A stretch of DNA of 64,000 nt from Spirochaetia bacterium (GCA_963668315.1 OY764216.1:5312001-5376000); one strand, 5' to 3'; positions 48,421 to 58,817 are shown, counted from the first letter of the stretch. Numbers and translations are program-made. The notes: generated by a model not told the origin, from the sequence alone.

Positions 48421-48463
48421 AAAGCCTTACAATGTAAGAAATTACCTTGTAAGGCTTTTTTTT
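48421..48463 (+). terminator. Terminator after tRNA-Leu
   Basis: AAAGCCTTACAA...TTGTAAGGCTTT followed by T-run. Confidence 0.85.
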
Positions 48464-49418
48464 GTCCTTTTCCTTGTGGTACCATATGGAGTACCATTTT
48501 TAATTGATCTTCTGCCTTATATGGCTTACTATGGCGTATATGAGGCAACCGTACTTAATTTACAAGAAAATTGTCCGCGATAAGAAGTCTTTATACGTAA
48601 AGCTTTGGTATGAAAGGATTTACAATTATTCAATTAGAAAATAAAGTCTTGCCATAAAAGACGAGTTAAGGCCTAAAGGAATGAGATTCCCCATACTAGT
48701 AAAGCAAGTCCCATGGAATTTGAGACAAAGTACTTAAAGGAATAAAAAGTCTACATGATTGGGAGAATGCCGGCATATTAAAGTTAATAATCTCACTTTT
48801 ATGATTTGATGCGGATTTTACAAAAAATGGATTAATATAAAGAGAGCAAAAATTGATAGGCGAAATAATAAAGAAACGTAGAAGTATTAGGCAATTTGAT
48901 TCAAGAGAAATTCCATTACAGACACTATACAATTGTCTTAATACAGCAAAGTTTGCTCCATCAGGTAAAAACAGACAACCATGGAAAGTGAAGATTGTGA
49001 CAGAAGAAGAAAAAAACGATCTAATTAGCATAGTTCAAAATATGTATGAAGGTGATATTTTACCCGGATCTCTGCAACTATCACTAAACGCAATCAAAGC
49101 AGCAGACAAATTGCTCATCGTATTTAATGCTTATTCCTACCATGAAGAAAACTATCCACGAAATAGGTTATTAATGGATGTTCAATCAATTGGAGCCTTT
49201 ATTCAAAATTTACTCTTACTTCTAACCGAAGAAGGAATTTCTTCATTATGGCTAAATGACCTATACTACGCAAAAGAAATACTCGAAGATTATTTAGTGC
49301 AAGGAGAATATGAACTCATAGCCGGTGTTGCCATTGGATATGCTTCGATAGAGCAACCCCTTTGTCTGTAAAATCAAAAAAGTTAATCAGTCTCCATATT
49401 TAAATACCGCTTACCTGT

Positions 49419-50719
49419 GATAAAGTAACCCTTTTGTCTGTAAAATTAGAAAAAGTTAATCAGTCTCCATATTTAAATATTTTTTACCTGTAAACCACTG
49501 TTCATCTATTTCCATTAACAGTGCAGCTATCAAACGATCAACCGATTTCCTGTTTGGAAATATCATGGCGACTCTTGTTCTCCGCTTAATTTCCTTCATC
49601 TGACGTTCTGCCAGATTTGAAGTTCTTAACCGTCGCCAATGTGCTTTTGGCATTGAGAACACTGTCAGGGATTCTGGAATATTCTCATCCATCCATCGGC
49701 TCAGATCGGGAGCCGTTTCTTCATATTTTTTCACTGCCATGGAAAGAAAGCGTTTTGCTTCCTCTCCATTGGGTGCGTTGAAGATGGTTCTGATATCTTC
49801 TGCTACCTCCTTCTCCATGCTCTTCTTGGGAACATGATGAGAAGCATTCTGCTGGAGATGAAACTGACAGCGATGCCAGGGAACCGTAGGAAAAACGGCC
49901 TCTATTGCAGATTTCAAACCACTGTGTGCATCAGAAGTTATCATTCTGATCCCATGTAGCCCTCGATCAACCAGTCCAGAAAGAAATTTTCGCCAATGAA
50001 CATCCGCCTCGCTGAGCTCTGTTGAAATCCCTATTACCCTTCTCATTCCATTATTATCAACTCCATAAGCAATTAGAACGGCTGCTGATACAACCTCTCT
50101 ATTAACACGAGCTTTTTCATAAGTGGCATCTACTACAAGATAGCGATATGCGCCCAACGGCCGGTTCCGCCATTTGTTTATCTCCTCATCCAGCATCGCC
50201 GTTGCCTCAGAAACCTGGGATTGGGAAACTTCGAAGCCGCAGAGCTGTTCTACTATTTTGGTCACTCTGCGAGTTGATACGCCTTGGATGTACATCTGAG
50301 CTATGGCCATTTTCAGGGCTCTTTCGCTGCGGCACCCCTTTTCAATGCTGCCAGGATAGAATTCCATCCCACGGACCTGCGGAATCTCGATAGGGATCTC
50401 ACCTACACGAGTTCGAATCCTCCTGCTCTTGTACCCGTTTCTATGGCCAGCACGATCGTCATTCCGTTCATAATGACTGGCTTGAATTGCCTTCTCCTGC
50501 TCTAACCGCATGGATAAATTCATTATTGAACTTATGACCTTTGTTAATCCTTCTCTATTATCTGCCTGGAGGTCTTCAATCATTTGATCGAAAACGCTAT
50601 AGTAATCCTCGTTAGTCATGATGCCTTCTTTTGTTTTTCGTCGAACTAATCGAAGACTGATTGGCTAACTTTTTCAAGCCCCCTTCTTTATCAATTTACA
50701 GACACTATTGTACACTATC
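49419..50719 (-). mobile_element. Inner intact IS256-family element
   Basis: Ends GATAAAGTAACCCTTTTGTCTGTAAAAT / ATTTACAGACACTATTGTACACTATC; 8-bp TSD TTACCTGT at 49411-18 and 50720-27. Confidence 0.94.
49456..50619 (-). CDS. IS256 (Mutator-type DDE) transposase
   Basis: RNGY..R...TRVG, MYIQGVSTRRV, VDATY, TSDAHSGL, RCQFH, RTSNLAER. Confidence 0.95.
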   Translation of the reverse strand: MTNEDYYSVFDQMIEDLQADNREGLTKVISSIMNLSMRLEQEKAIQASHYERNDDRAGHRNGYKSRRIRTRVGEIPIEIPQVRGMEFYPGSIEKGCRSERALKMAIAQMYIQGVSTRRVTKIVEQLCGFEVSQSQVSEATAMLDEEINKWRNRPLGAYRYLVVDATYEKARVNREVVSAAVLIAYGVDNNGMRRVIGISTELSEADVHWRKFLSGLVDRGLHGIRMITSDAHSGLKSAIEAVFPTVPWHRCQFHLQQNASHHVPKKSMEKEVAEDIRTIFNAPNGEEAKRFLSMAVKKYEETAPDLSRWMDENIPESLTVFSMPKAHWRRLRTSNLAERQMKEIKRRTRVAMIFPNRKSVDRLIAALLMEIDEQWFTGKKYLNMETD

Positions 50720-51855
50720 TTACCTGTGAACCATTGTTCATCTATTTCCATTAACAGAGCGGAAACCAATCTATCGACAGATTCCTTATTTGGAAATATC
50801 ATAGCCACCTTCGTTCTTCTTTTAATTTCCCTCATCTGACGTTCTGCCAGATTTGAAGTCCTTAACCTTCTCCAATGTGACTTTGGCATTTTAAAGATCG
50901 TGAGTGCTTCAGGAACATTCTGATCCATCCAACTGCTTAGTTCTGGCGCAGTTTTCTCATACTTCTTCACCGCCATAGAAAGAAAACGGTTAGCCTCCTC
51001 TCCATTGGGAGCGTTAAAAATGGTTCTTATATCCTCCGCGACCTCTTTATCCATACTTTTCTTTGGCACATGATGTCCCGCATTCTGTTGCAGATGGAAC
51101 TGGCACCGCTGCCAGGGAACTGTTGGAAAAACCGATTCTATTGCTGATCTCAGGCCGCTATGAGCATCGGAAGTTATCATCTTCACGCCATGGAGCCCCC
51201 GATCTACCAGACCGGAAAGAAAACCTCTCCAGTGTACATCGGCCTCACTGAGTTCTGTAGAAATACCCAATACTCGTCTCATCCCATTATTATCAACACC
51301 ATAGGCAATTAGAACGGCTGCAGAAACAACAGTTCTATTCACTCGAGCCTTCTCATAAGTGGCGTCAACGACAAGATAAGGAAAAGCTCCCAGAGGACGA
51401 TTACGCCATTTGGTGATCTCTTCATCAAGGAGAGCTGCCGCTTCTGAAACCTGGGATTGGGAAACTTCGAAGCCGCAGAGCTGTTCTACAATTTTGGTTA
51501 CTCTGCGAGTTGATACCCCCTGGATATACATCTGAGCTATTGCCATTTTCAACGCCCTTTCGCTGCGGCACCCTTTTTCAATGCTGCCAGGATAGAATTC
51601 CATCCCACGGACCTGCGGAATCTCGATAGGGATCTCACCTACACGAGTTCGAATCTTCCTGCTTTTGTACCCGTTTCTATGGCCAATGCGATCGTCATTC
51701 CGTTCATAATGACTGGCTTGGATTGCCTTCTCTTGCTCTAACCGCATAGATAAATTCATTATTGAACTTATGACCTTTGTTAATCCTTCTCTATTATCTG
51801 CCTGGAGGTCTTCAATCATTTGATCGAAAACGGTATAGTAATCCTCGTTAGTCAT
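50674..51855 (-). CDS. IS256 transposase with C-terminus replaced by read-through into the nested IS
   Basis: Same motifs; native tail RYLNMETD* is stranded at 49383-49410. Confidence 0.9.
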   Translation of the reverse strand: MTNEDYYTVFDQMIEDLQADNREGLTKVISSIMNLSMRLEQEKAIQASHYERNDDRIGHRNGYKSRKIRTRVGEIPIEIPQVRGMEFYPGSIEKGCRSERALKMAIAQMYIQGVSTRRVTKIVEQLCGFEVSQSQVSEAAALLDEEITKWRNRPLGAFPYLVVDATYEKARVNRTVVSAAVLIAYGVDNNGMRRVLGISTELSEADVHWRGFLSGLVDRGLHGVKMITSDAHSGLRSAIESVFPTVPWQRCQFHLQQNAGHHVPKKSMDKEVAEDIRTIFNAPNGEEANRFLSMAVKKYEKTAPELSSWMDQNVPEALTIFKMPKSHWRRLRTSNLAERQMREIKRRTKVAMIFPNKESVDRLVSALLMEIDEQWFTGKIVYNSVCKLIKKGA

Positions 51856-52170
51856 GATGCCTTCTTTTGTTTTTGGTCGAACTAATCGAAGACTGATTGG
51901 CTAACTTTTTCAAGCCCCCTTTATTTCTAATTTACAGACACTATTGTACACTATCTATGCTTCGGAGATCAGACGTTACAATATTCGTAATGAACTCAAT
52001 CAGATACTGTTATGACAAACTTCGAAAAATGTATGGTATAGATTTTCGATATTTAGTGGATAATAGGGAATTAAGTGGTAAGATTTACTTCTATTCTATT
52101 TTTCCCCTGTTGGAAAATCACATTTATAATGAACGCGTGGTATAATTTCTATAATAAAAGGCGAGGAAAC

Positions 52171-52683
52171 ATGACCATGGAAATTATATTGAGGATAAGA
52201 AATACTTCACTTTTACTTATTATTGCTGCAATTTCATCACCCTTCTTTTTATTTGCTGAAGATAACTATATTCCTGAAATAATGGTAAGAAGGGATTTTG
52301 GATTTGATTATTCTTTCTTTTGTGAAACAGCAATAGATGTATTAGACCATTATTCCCCAGAATGGAGTACTAACTACCCTCCCTCGTCCCCACTGATCGC
52401 CTCAATAAACTACCATACTGATGACACTACAGAGAAAATTATCATTGTTCTTTTTGAAGGTTTTGAAAGAGGTTTCGCAAATGTAATATTTCTTTTAGGC
52501 TGCAGAGAAGAAACGGAAAAAATTATAGAACTTGACCAATTAGATATAAGAGAAACTTTATTAATCGACTTCACTCTTGATGACGACTATACATATTTTG
52601 AAGAAAAAATACCTCAACTCATCCACAGCTATTACATGTACAATAAATATAGAGACCAGATTAATCGGGATGTGCAAACCTAA
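52171..52683 (+). CDS. Low-GC hypothetical secreted protein
   Basis: GAGG SD, signal peptide ending FFLFA|ED; no family recognised. Confidence 0.6.
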   Translation: MTMEIILRIRNTSLLLIIAAISSPFFLFAEDNYIPEIMVRRDFGFDYSFFCETAIDVLDHYSPEWSTNYPPSSPLIASINYHTDDTTEKIIIVLFEGFERGFANVIFLLGCREETEKIIELDQLDIRETLLIDFTLDDDYTYFEEKIPQLIHSYYMYNKYRDQINRDVQT

Positions 52684-53177
52684 GGTTTGAAGCTGTAAAA
52701 GGATTCTCCGAACTAATTGTTATATTTTTAGAAAGCTCCCTCCTCTCATATAAATGATGTACCGAAACCATTTTCCCTATCAGAATACTCTCATGGGCGG
52801 GATACTTGCGATGATGGGATTTTACCGATTGGGGAATCTGAAAGCAGTAATGGGTAACCCGCCCCCGACCAGATAGAGAACTTATATAGCAAACTAACTA
52901 TATGAGTCTCTGTATAAGGCGCGATAAACATCACTTAAGAAAAATGATCGCCGCCCTATTCTGCAACATATCTGGAACGGGGAGGGATGGGAGCATCAAC
53001 CCCCCATCCCTGTTACGGGAATCATTAGTTGGGGAAGTTGAGACAGACACAAATTTGCTATATTTTCATTATAGTTTTGATATAGATATCTATATTTTTC
53101 ATAATCTATTTATATTTTCATAAATATAATGTATAATTAGCAATACAATTTGCTGATTCTAATACAAGGAGTATGAA

Positions 53178-54065
53178 ATGAAAATAGGATTTATTGGTCT
53201 TGGTATCATGGGTAAACCCATGGCACATAATCTGATTAAAGCGGGATATGATCTGGTAGTGAACAACCGAAGTCAGGCTGCGGTTGAAGAATTGTGCAAA
53301 GCCGGAGCTGCCTCTGCGGCAACGGCCCGGGAAGTAGCCGAGCAGAGTGATATTATTTTTACGATGCTCCCCAACTCTCCCGATGTGGAAAAGGTCGTAA
53401 CCGATGAGAACGGAATCCTTAAGGGTATCCGGAAAGGAGCAATCTATGTAGATTTAAGCTCTATCGCTCCCCTCGTATCAAAAAGCCTGGCAGAAAAGAT
53501 AAGAGCGAAAGGGGCAGACATGCTGGACGCCCCCGTTTCCGGCGGAGAACCCAAGGCTATAGACGGAACTCTGGCTATCATGGCGGGGGGAAACGCGGAA
53601 TCATTCGAAAAAGTAAAACCGGTGATGGAGAAAATGGCGGCATCTGTGGCATTGACCGGCGAAGTGGGAAGCGGAAATACCACGAAGCTTGCCAACCAGA
53701 TTATCGTTGCCCTGAATATTGCCGCCGTCTCCGAGGCTTTCGTATTAGCAACGAAGGCCGGGGTGAATCCGGAAAGCGTATATAATGCCATTCGCGGCGG
53801 CTTGGCCGGAAGCACCGTTCTTGATGCGAAGGGCCCCATGATGATGAACCGTAATTTCGCCCCCGGCTTTCGGATTGAGCTGCATCAGAAAGATCTGCTG
53901 AATGCCATTGAAACGGCGAACGGACTGGATGTCCCCCTCCCCTTTACCAGCCAGGCACTCGAGGTACTCAAGGCTTTGAAAGTATCGGGCAGTGCGAAGG
54001 AAGATCATTCAGCCATTGTTAAATATTTCGAAAAGATTGCCGATGTGGAAGTGAAGAAAAACTAG
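53178..54065 (+). CDS. garR: 2-hydroxy-3-oxopropionate (tartronate semialdehyde) reductase
   Basis: GFIGLGIMGKPM, TMLPNSP, DAPVSGGEPKAIDGTL, KLANQ, AIRGGLAGSTVLDAK, PGFRIELH. Confidence 0.92.
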   Translation: MKIGFIGLGIMGKPMAHNLIKAGYDLVVNNRSQAAVEELCKAGAASAATAREVAEQSDIIFTMLPNSPDVEKVVTDENGILKGIRKGAIYVDLSSIAPLVSKSLAEKIRAKGADMLDAPVSGGEPKAIDGTLAIMAGGNAESFEKVKPVMEKMAASVALTGEVGSGNTTKLANQIIVALNIAAVSEAFVLATKAGVNPESVYNAIRGGLAGSTVLDAKGPMMMNRNFAPGFRIELHQKDLLNAIETANGLDVPLPFTSQALEVLKALKVSGSAKEDHSAIVKYFEKIADVEVKKN

Positions 54066-54076
54066 ACCGCTATGAC

Positions 54077-54115
54077 ATAAAAAAACCGGACAGCCGATGC
54101 TTCCGGTTTTTTTAT
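54077..54115. terminator. Bidirectional terminator
   Basis: ATAAAAAAACCGGA...TCCGGTTTTTTTAT between convergent genes. Confidence 0.88.
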
Positions 54116-54130
54116 GCAGGACCAGTATTT

Positions 54131-55414
54131 CTACCAGTGATGATCAGCGAACGTCCAGCCGGGATTGACCTTCTGCATCTCCACTTCATCGTCACGGTCT
54201 TTGATTCCGCACCTGATATAATTCTGGTGCAGCTCCTCAAGCTTTTCATAATCCAGCTCGATACCGAGTCCCGGTTCATTGGAAACGCCCAGCGATCCAT
54301 CTTCAAAAACGATTCTGCCCCCCTTTATAACCTCTTCGGACTGCCAGGGGTAATGGGTGTCCATGGCATAAGCCATCTGGGGAACGGCTAATCCCAGGTG
54401 GGTCATGGCGGTAAGCGAGATTCCCAGGTGACTGTTAGAATGCATGGATAACTTGCGTCCGAAGACTTCACAGATCTTTCCCAGCTGCATGGAGGCGTCA
54501 AGTCCGCCCCAGACATGATGGTCGGAAAGGATAATATCCTCCGAACCCAGTTCTATCGCTCTGGGCAGTTCATCGAAAGAGGTCGTACACATATTGGTGG
54601 CAAGAGGTATGGTAACGGCTTTTTTCAGGGCCGCCATGGATTCCTGGGTTTTACAGGGATCCTCATAGTATTCAAGTATTCCCTCAAGCTGCTTTCCGTA
54701 GGCAATGGATGTTTCCAGAGACCAGATAGCGTTGGGATCGATTCTCAGGGGGACATCAGGACCAAAAGACCGGGCGAGCGCCTTAATGGTATCAACTTCC
54801 ACCTGGGGTTCGAAAACTCCCCCCTTAAGTTTAAGGGACTTAAACCCGAATTCCCTGCACATTTCACGAGCCTGGTAAACGACTCCTTCGGGATCGAGCG
54901 CCTCGGCTTCTTTTATCTTATGCCATCCCTTGGCATCCGGATTGCCCTTCATTCCGAATGGCCCGCCGGCTCCCTCATATTTATAGAAAAGGTAGGCAGA
55001 AAAATCCACCCTGTCCCTGACCCGGCCTCCGAGCAGATCCACCACCGGCTTGCCTACAGCCTTTCCGATTATGTCATACAGTGCCACATCGATGGCGCTG
55101 AACATTCTGATGGAAACCTTCTTGTTGGAATATCCCACAGTCAGGCTGTCCTTCACACTGCTGAATTCCCTGTCAATCGCGATCTTTATGGCATTCCGTT
55201 CAAAGGGATCCATACCGATGATTGTTTCCTTAACTTTCCCCAGAGACTCCAGAACCGACGAACCTCCCGCAATCTCTCCGATACCGCTGATTCCTTCATT
55301 CGTTTTTATCTCTATGATGATACGAAGCGCGTAAGGAGCGTGCAGACCGGCTGCGTTCAGAAGAGGAGGGTCTGTAAAGGCGATAGGTGTTACAATAACA
55401 TCTGTAATTTTCAT
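54131..55414 (-). CDS. Glucarate dehydratase-family enolase-superfamily enzyme
   Basis: DPPLLNAAGLHAPY, KLKGG (KxK), DPNA, YYEDP, ATNM, SDHH.WGG, MHSNSHLG, DTHYPWQ. Confidence 0.9.
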   Translation of the reverse strand: MKITDVIVTPIAFTDPPLLNAAGLHAPYALRIIIEIKTNEGISGIGEIAGGSSVLESLGKVKETIIGMDPFERNAIKIAIDREFSSVKDSLTVGYSNKKVSIRMFSAIDVALYDIIGKAVGKPVVDLLGGRVRDRVDFSAYLFYKYEGAGGPFGMKGNPDAKGWHKIKEAEALDPEGVVYQAREMCREFGFKSLKLKGGVFEPQVEVDTIKALARSFGPDVPLRIDPNAIWSLETSIAYGKQLEGILEYYEDPCKTQESMAALKKAVTIPLATNMCTTSFDELPRAIELGSEDIILSDHHVWGGLDASMQLGKICEVFGRKLSMHSNSHLGISLTAMTHLGLAVPQMAYAMDTHYPWQSEEVIKGGRIVFEDGSLGVSNEPGLGIELDYEKLEELHQNYIRCGIKDRDDEVEMQKVNPGWTFADHHW

Positions 55415-55428
55415 GATTTTATTTTCCT

Positions 55429-56289
55429 TTAACTTTTCACACCGCCGGCAGCCAATCCGCCGATCAGAAATTTCTGTAAAAACAAGAACAATACAACCAC
55501 AGGAAGAGCGCTGAAAACCGCGGCGGCCATCACACCGTTCCAGGGAGTGGCATCACCGGAGACAAGGGACAAGAATCCTATGGAGACGAGTTTCTTTGAT
55601 TCATCGGTGATGAAGCAGAGGGGATAAATAACATTGCTCCAGCCCACGATAAAGGAATAGGTCACGGTAGCCACGACTCCGGGCAGGGCCAGGGGCATCA
55701 TAATCTTCCAGACGGCCATGAGCTTATTGCATCCGTCCACCATGGCGGCTTCTTCCAGTTCCATGGGGAGAACACTGAAATAACTTCTCATCATCCAGAT
55801 GGAATAGGGCAAGGCGAAGGTACAGTAGACAATGATCAGAGATAATAAACTATTGTACAGCCCCAGTTTAATAACGATCATGAGAAGGGGGGTCGTCAGA
55901 ATCATCTGGGGAAACATATACACATACAGGATCCCCTGGGCGATATTGTCCCTCCCCTTATATTTGAACCGGGCAAGACTGTATCCGGCCAGAGAAGCGA
56001 TGATAATACTTATCGTCGAAGAGATAAGAACAACGATTATACTGTTGAACAGATACTTCTTGAATTTCAGTTGGGAGGCGTAATCCGTACCCTGCCATAC
56101 ATTCTTATAGGAAGAGAAATCCAGCTCCTCTATACCGAGCTTGACATCTCTGGTCATAATTTTATCCACCGATGTCAGAGAACTCTTAACCATCCAGTAA
56201 ATGGGGAAATCGATTAATATTATAGCGGCAATCAATACGATAAAGAAGATTACCCAGTTTACCTTTTTTTTCACTTTCCCGGTCGTCAT
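55429..56289 (-). CDS. Carbohydrate ABC transporter permease (MalG-like)
   Basis: ELEEAAMVDG EAA loop, 6 TM segments. Confidence 0.94.
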   Translation of the reverse strand: MTTGKVKKKVNWVIFFIVLIAAIILIDFPIYWMVKSSLTSVDKIMTRDVKLGIEELDFSSYKNVWQGTDYASQLKFKKYLFNSIIVVLISSTISIIIASLAGYSLARFKYKGRDNIAQGILYVYMFPQMILTTPLLMIVIKLGLYNSLLSLIIVYCTFALPYSIWMMRSYFSVLPMELEEAAMVDGCNKLMAVWKIMMPLALPGVVATVTYSFIVGWSNVIYPLCFITDESKKLVSIGFLSLVSGDATPWNGVMAAAVFSALPVVVLFLFLQKFLIGGLAAGGVKS

Positions 56290-57182
56290 CTCAGGTCATC
56301 CTTTTTTTGCATAATGGTGTGAATGTAAAGGAATACGGCCAGCATCAGAAGAATTGATACGGACATGGCCGCTCCTTTGTCATACTTCATATTGATAAAA
56401 GAGAACTCAAAAGCCAGAGTGTTCATAATGTGGGTTGAGCTGCCTCCGCGGGTGAGGAGCCAGATAACGTTAAATGCGTTGAAAGTCCATATGATACTCA
56501 GTATGATCGCCGTTTTGAGAACCCCCGCCAGGGAAGGAATCGTGATATGCAGGAAGCAGTGAATCCGGTTGGCACCCTCCACTTCGGCGGCTTCATAGAG
56601 ATCCTTGGGGATGGACTGGAGGCCTGCCAGGATCATCATCATCATCTGGGGATAGCCCATCCAGATTCCCACCATGAGAACGCAGAAGAGGGCCACTCCC
56701 TTTTCTCCGAGGAAGTTCATATAGGTGGAAATAAGACCCATACGGGACAGAATAATATTGATAACCCCGTACATGCCGTCGAACATCCAGTTCCAGGCGG
56801 TCAGACTCGCCGTAACGGGAACAATCCAGGGCAGCATCAGAAGGGCTCTGGCGATTCCCCTCCCCTTGAATTCCCTATTCAGCAGCATGGCGAGCCCCAT
56901 CCCAACGATGATCTTTCCGCAAGCTCCCACGATAGCATATATGAAGGTGTTCACCACGGACATAAGAAAACGGGAATCCGTATAGACACTGAAATAATTT
57001 TTCAACCCAACAAATTTGTGCCCCGGTTCAATTGGTCTCCAGCGAAAGAAACTCAAAGTGAGCGAATACAGTACGGGGAACGCCACGATAGCGATCAATA
57101 CCAGAAGAGCGGGAATAAGAAAATATTTACCGATTCGATTATCTTTCTCTTCTAACGATAATTTACTAATTGATTTAAACAT
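56286..57182 (-). CDS. Carbohydrate ABC transporter permease (MalF-like)
   Basis: FVGLKNY, LAGLQSIP..LYEAAEVEGA EAA loop. Confidence 0.94.
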   Translation of the reverse strand: MFKSISKLSLEEKDNRIGKYFLIPALLVLIAIVAFPVLYSLTLSFFRWRPIEPGHKFVGLKNYFSVYTDSRFLMSVVNTFIYAIVGACGKIIVGMGLAMLLNREFKGRGIARALLMLPWIVPVTASLTAWNWMFDGMYGVINIILSRMGLISTYMNFLGEKGVALFCVLMVGIWMGYPQMMMMILAGLQSIPKDLYEAAEVEGANRIHCFLHITIPSLAGVLKTAIILSIIWTFNAFNVIWLLTRGGSSTHIMNTLAFEFSFINMKYDKGAAMSVSILLMLAVFLYIHTIMQKKDDLR

Positions 57183-57208
57183 AAAGTCCTCTGTTTTAAA
57201 AAGGGAGA

Positions 57209-57246
57209 GCCGCCTTAATTCCGAATCGGATTCTCATTAAGACGGC
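57209..57246 (-). other. Intercistronic stem-loop after the solute-binding protein gene
   Basis: GCCGTCTTAAT...ATTAAGGCGGC inverted repeat; typical stabiliser or partial terminator in ABC operons. Confidence 0.65.
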
Positions 57247-57265
57247 ACAGAATAAAAACGCTTTA

Positions 57266-58594
57266 TCAGTCGTTAAGAGCTTCTTCCACTTTTTCAGCCA
57301 TTTCAGCCGCTACTTTTTCAGCGCTCCAGTTTTCAACAGCGATTCTGGCAAGCGCATCATCGAATATGAATGAACTGTAAAGAGCGTTAAGCTTCGCATT
57401 CGGCTCGCTCTGGTAGGAGATTCCCACAGCCTTCATGGAATCCTGCATCATAACCTTCTGATTATCGTCGAGATTACTGAAGAGATCGTTTGCCATGACG
57501 TCCTTTTTAAGAGGACTGTAGTATCCGAATCCCATAATCTCAAACATGGAAACCTGGGTCTCCGCCTTGAGAAGGTATTTAGCAAATGCCTTGGAAGCAC
57601 TGTTATCTTTCTTGTTGAAAAGAGTGATCGACTCGGGACCGGCTCCCATATATGCTCCGGCGGGGCCGGCAGGAAAGGGAATAACCATCAGATTTTCGGG
57701 CTTTGTTCCGGTAGTGTCGTTAAGCTTACCCATTATACTGTTGGAGTTGTAAACCATACCGATGTCTCCGCCGATAAAAAACTGATTGTTCGATCCGCCG
57801 TCCCATGTAGTTGCCGCTCTGGGAACAACGCCGCTGTCCCAAACCGCTTTTACATAGTTCAGTGCATCAATCGCCTCAGGCGTGTTAACGCCGACATTAC
57901 CCTTGGCATCGACCAGACCGGCGCCGTAACAGGCCATCACACTGAAGAGATAGCTGGCGGAGTCGCCGAAACCTTTCCGGCTGTAGGGAAAACCCATTCC
58001 ATATTTTCCGTTTGCCGGATCATTGATCTTTTTGGCAGCGGCAAGAAGATCTTCCCAGGTTTTCAGACCTTCATAGTAGTAGATACCATTGCTGTCGGTC
58101 TTCAGCTCCGTATCGTAACCGGCGGCGGCCAGCCAGTCTTTTCTGGCATGGAGAGCGGCAGGTCGGACAAAGAGGGGGATTTCAAGAAGGTCTCCGTTCA
58201 TGGTAAACATCTTGAGAGTTCCCTCTCCGAACTGATCCCTTCCTACTTCATTTACAATATCATCCACGGGAAGTACAGAGCCGGTTGCGCTGAACTCAAT
58301 ACCGGGGCTGCTGTTCCAGATAATCATATCGGGATAAATCCCTGCCGAAATACTGGTTACGAGCTTCGTATGAAAATCATTCGTCGGGATTCTCACATAG
58401 TTAACAGTAATTCCCGTCTCACTCTCAAAATTCGCACCGACAGTGTCGAATGCCTTGATAATTGTTTCCACCGGACTGTTGATCATCCATACCTCAACAG
58501 ATGTCGGGGCGGAGGCACTTTCCTGATTTCCTTCTGCAAAGGCAAAAGAAACGGATACCAGAAGTGCAAAAACAAAAAATCTCATTTTTCCCAT
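57266..58594 (-). CDS. Carbohydrate ABC transporter substrate-binding protein
   Basis: Signal FAFA|EGNQE; CUT1-type pattern (FE.ETGITV, PDMI, TWEDL..AAKK, PFPAGP). Confidence 0.9.
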   Translation of the reverse strand: MGKMRFFVFALLVSVSFAFAEGNQESASAPTSVEVWMINSPVETIIKAFDTVGANFESETGITVNYVRIPTNDFHTKLVTSISAGIYPDMIIWNSSPGIEFSATGSVLPVDDIVNEVGRDQFGEGTLKMFTMNGDLLEIPLFVRPAALHARKDWLAAAGYDTELKTDSNGIYYYEGLKTWEDLLAAAKKINDPANGKYGMGFPYSRKGFGDSASYLFSVMACYGAGLVDAKGNVGVNTPEAIDALNYVKAVWDSGVVPRAATTWDGGSNNQFFIGGDIGMVYNSNSIMGKLNDTTGTKPENLMVIPFPAGPAGAYMGAGPESITLFNKKDNSASKAFAKYLLKAETQVSMFEIMGFGYYSPLKKDVMANDLFSNLDDNQKVMMQDSMKAVGISYQSEPNAKLNALYSSFIFDDALARIAVENWSAEKVAAEMAEKVEEALND

Positions 58595-58817
58595 ATAGCA
58601 TACTCCTTAAGTTTTTAATTCCCGGAAACCGTTCGGATTATATAGGATTCCCGGAATCTTGACTTTCCCTACTATAATCCCAACTTTCTCAGTTGTCTAC
58701 TGTTATTATATTTTTTTTCATTATTTTTGTTTTTTTATAATGTTGTTATATTTTCAAGTTGACATTTCATGTTTTCCACAGTTAATATTATATTATATAG
58801 TATAAAAAGAGGCTATT

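Larger units (their letters stand above)
49347..51955 (-). mobile_element. Outer IS256-family element (interrupted by a nested copy)
   Basis: Ends GATAGAGCAACCCCTTTGTCTGTAAAAT / ATTTACAGACACTATTGTACACTATC; 8-bp TSD TATGCTTC at 49339-46 and 51956-63. Confidence 0.93.
48853..52015 (+). pseudogene. Nitroreductase interrupted near its 3' end by IS256 (segments 48853-49346 and 51964-52015)
   Basis: KRRSIRQF, APSGKNRQPW, AIGY motifs; removing the IS plus one TSD restores ...IGYASEIRRYNIRNELNQILL*. Confidence 0.85.

Noticed and set aside
48600..48840. Possible decayed gene upstream of the nitroreductase (..SPMEFETKYLKE*KVYMIGRMPAY*..)
   Set aside because: Multiple stops and no family recognisable without a search
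49456..51855. Composite transposon or simple tandem IS duplication
   Set aside because: Target-site duplications show nesting, and there is no passenger DNA
52680..52730. Integron attC site after the low-GC orphan gene
   Set aside because: A GTTATAT is present, but no matching RYYYAAC box or extended imperfect palindrome
55429..58594. Missing ATPase gene in the ABC cluster as sign of decay
   Set aside because: CUT1 importers commonly share an MsmX/MalK-type ATPase encoded elsewhere
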